A stretch of 63,041 nt of DNA, filler included, from Asterionella formosa (Eukaryota), in the NCBI GenBank assembly GCA_002256025.1. It is 9 parts of 9 records of this genome, joined end to end, with 100 filler letters (N's around TTAATTAATTAA, not from the genome) between each part and the next. Parts side by side here need not be neighbours in the genome. Positions count along the whole stretch, not along the records: positions 60,643 to 61,792 come from NKIB01004041.1; positions 61,893 to 63,041 come from NKIB01004042.1; 7 more parts are not named here. One strand, 5' to 3'. Shown here piece by piece: positions 61,002 to 63,041 of the stretch. The notes below the pieces were generated by a model. That model had not been told where the DNA came from and did no database searches. It saw only the letters and a program-made list of their open reading frames with translations. A program made the position numbers and the translations under genes. Position 1 is the first letter of the stretch; every line of letters begins with the position of its first letter.

Positions 61002-61420
61002 ATGCTAAACGATGCTCAACGAGGACCAACAGTGCTTTATTTCCAATCTGGCAGGCTATTGTAATCTCTACAATCAACAATGACTTAATTATGTGTCTAC
61101 AACATCAACTACTACTACTACGTGTGCTGAATTCTACAGTGTGAATCTTCCTCTTGCATGTGTTATTCTTTGCCAGTTCAGATCAAAGTGATATGTCGGA
61201 GCGGAAAAAATAATAAGTGTATCGGAATTGGCGACTCTTTCGTTCATTATATGGTGAAACCAGCATAATATTGCGGCAGAGCAGCATAATTTCGCTTTTA
61301 AACTGTTGCGATGGCTAGTTGGTCAACATATATTGTCACGAACACACATAATTATTGGTGTGATCACATAATTATTCGATAAGTGAAATAAATTTTTGTT
61401 TAACCCGAATAAATTAGGGA

Positions 61421-61496
61421 AAAAGTAGCATAATATTTCAAAAAAGTAACATAATATTTTAGAAAAGTAACATAATATTTTAAAAAAGTAGCATAA
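61421..61496. repeat. 21-bp tandem repeat (AAAAGTARCATAATATTTYAR) x3.6
   Basis: Units start at 61421, 61442, 61463 and 61484. Related RCATAAT motifs lie upstream at 61263-61372. Confidence 0.9.
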
Positions 61497-61551
61497 ATAC
61501 GTCACTTTACACATAAATTCGAAAAAGTGCCGTAAACGGCGTCTTAGATGC

Positions 61552-61792
61552 GTCTTGGTCTTCGGGTCATCTTCCGTAGGTGGCACAAGTTTCCATGCCC
61601 ACTTCTTGGACAATTTGGCTTTGCGAGCTTTCTCCCTTTTATCATTTTTAACCTCCTTGAGTGATTTGTTTGCCTTGAAATACTCTAATTTGGCCGTGAG
61701 GGCGACAATTTGGGCCTCCAACTTGGCATCCTGGACAGAGGGCAAATTCCACCTTTTGGACTCAACAAGCATCTTAAACTTATTTAGAGCCA
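61552..61792 (-). mobile_element. Copia gag C-terminal fragment
   Basis: ALNKFKMLVESKRWNLPS..EAQIVALTAKL...KKWAWKLVPPTEDDPKT, typical of diatom Copia gag just before the zinc knuckle. Confidence 0.75.
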
Positions 61793-62214
61793 NNNNNNNN
61801 NNNNNNNNNNNNNNNNNNNNNNNNNNNNNNNNNNNNTTAATTAATTAANNNNNNNNNNNNNNNNNNNNNNNNNNNNNNNNNNNNNNNNNNNNCCCCCCCG
61901 AAGACATTGTGGATCCATTATGATAATGATTCCATATGTACAAAAAGTAGGAATTTTAGGTAAAAGAGTACAGCCGTGAGTAAGAAATGCAATTCATTTT
62001 CAAATCAGAATGTAGCAAATGACATTTTTTGAACAACCTCTGTTGAAAGTGAACATAGTGCTAACAAACAGATCCAATACTACCATAGTCTATATGTAGT
62101 GTAACAAGCCTGGTAAATGGATTGGACTTAATATATGCAATGCTATTACAATGTAACGTGCGTAGCAATCCAATTTACATGTAGTGAGGGAATGAACATA
62201 GCTACTGTACAGAA

Positions 62215-62600
62215 TAGGGAATGGCTTAGTGGTTTAGCACGTTGCCTTTGATCTGAGGTTCTTGTGTGGTTCGATTCCCGCAATTTCTTGAGAAGCAATT
62301 GCTTCAACTCCCACACTCCTTACCGTCCCGCATGGTCTTGCCTGGTGTGCAATAAATAGTGGGTTGCCCCCCCCCCCTACAAGCAGCTTGTGCCGCTTTC
62401 CTAGTAGGCGGTCAGAGTTTCCCGTAACACAGTCGTGGCTAAGACGATCACCATTTGTGAAAGGTGGTTGGGGACTCACCTGCATAAAAAAACTAGGGAA
62501 GCGCAGGCCTTGTCAGCAGGTAGCACAATGAAAGACTTGCCTAGAAATAGGGGAGAACAAATGGGCTATAAAGCATATTAAACTTTTATGGCTACATAAT
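62215..62600 (+). mobile_element. tRNA-headed SINE-like element (3' boundary uncertain)
   Basis: Pol III box A TGGCTTAGTGG (62222) and box B GGTTCGATTCC (62268) in a tRNA-like head with D and T arms but no pairing anticodon stem. A GC-richer non-coding body follows. Confidence 0.55.
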
Positions 62601-63041
62601 AACCAGGAAGGTCAAGTCTAATTGTAATTGTGCCAGACTCTACATGATCCTTGCTACAGAAAACAGGAATCCCCACGCTTTACACTAACTGTCTTGTTTG
62701 TTTTGCCTTTCTTCAAGTAGAACATTGGAGAATCATGATTTCTTGACATGCACTAGAATATAAAATAATAGAATATGAATAAATAATGCAGTGATTTGCT
62801 TTTTAAATTCAGGGTAAGTTTTTTCTTTTTATCCCCAACAAAGCTGTGACGGTGAATTTTTATTTTGCAAAGCTATCCTTTGCCAAGGGTTGGACATCTG
62901 GTGGGTGATGTTTATACCAAGCAAAGACTAAATAAAAGGCAGTGCAGTGATGCTTGAATGCTTTTCTGAACTATTTTGAATGAATTTGTGCGTTGCTTCT
63001 CATATATCATTGAAGCAGTCACATTTCCATGATTTGAATTG

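Noticed and set aside
62215..62290. Functional tRNA gene
   Set aside because: The anticodon stem does not pair and the acceptor stem relies on several G-T pairs, so it is treated as a tRNA-derived head instead.

Overview
Eukaryotic nuclear DNA, most likely from a diatom. The evidence is bipartite ASAFAP-type plastid-targeting peptides, short GT-AG introns, CoDi-type Copia elements and diatom-type LINE fragments. The window is an artificial concatenation of nine contigs separated by identical 100-bp spacers (N44-TTAATTAATTAA-N44). Contig lengths fall in descending order (18449, 18447, 18443, then 1151, 1151, 1151, 1150, 1150, 1149 bp), so adjacency across spacers has no biological meaning. Contig 1 (1-18449) is a CpG-depleted transposon graveyard. 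It holds LINE remnants, pogo-like remnants, a two-LTR Copia with a deleted integrase core, a TA-flanked MITE, a Ginger-like integrase split by a PIF/Harbinger-type insert, and the 5' end of a COG3899-like ATPase gene. Contig 2 (18550-36996) is gene-rich: a plastid-targeted protein, a GFA/CENP-V-like protein, a GT8 glycosyltransferase, a signal-peptide NSF-like AAA ATPase, a plastid NAD(P)-binding protein, an ABC1 kinase and HSP20. An 88-bp CWG-targeting MITE family and GGTACC-rich palindrome clusters sit upstream of its genes. Contig 3 carries a complete two-exon midasin gene (MDN1/Rea1, about 5559 aa). The small contigs hold Copia fragments, the 3' part of PGRL1 and a tRNA-headed SINE-like sequence. 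I found no clearly new multi-gene system. The best leads are the SINE candidate, the half-tRNA-Ile-type Copia primer site, the GGTACC palindrome clusters with their MITE, and the signal-peptide NSF-like ATPase.
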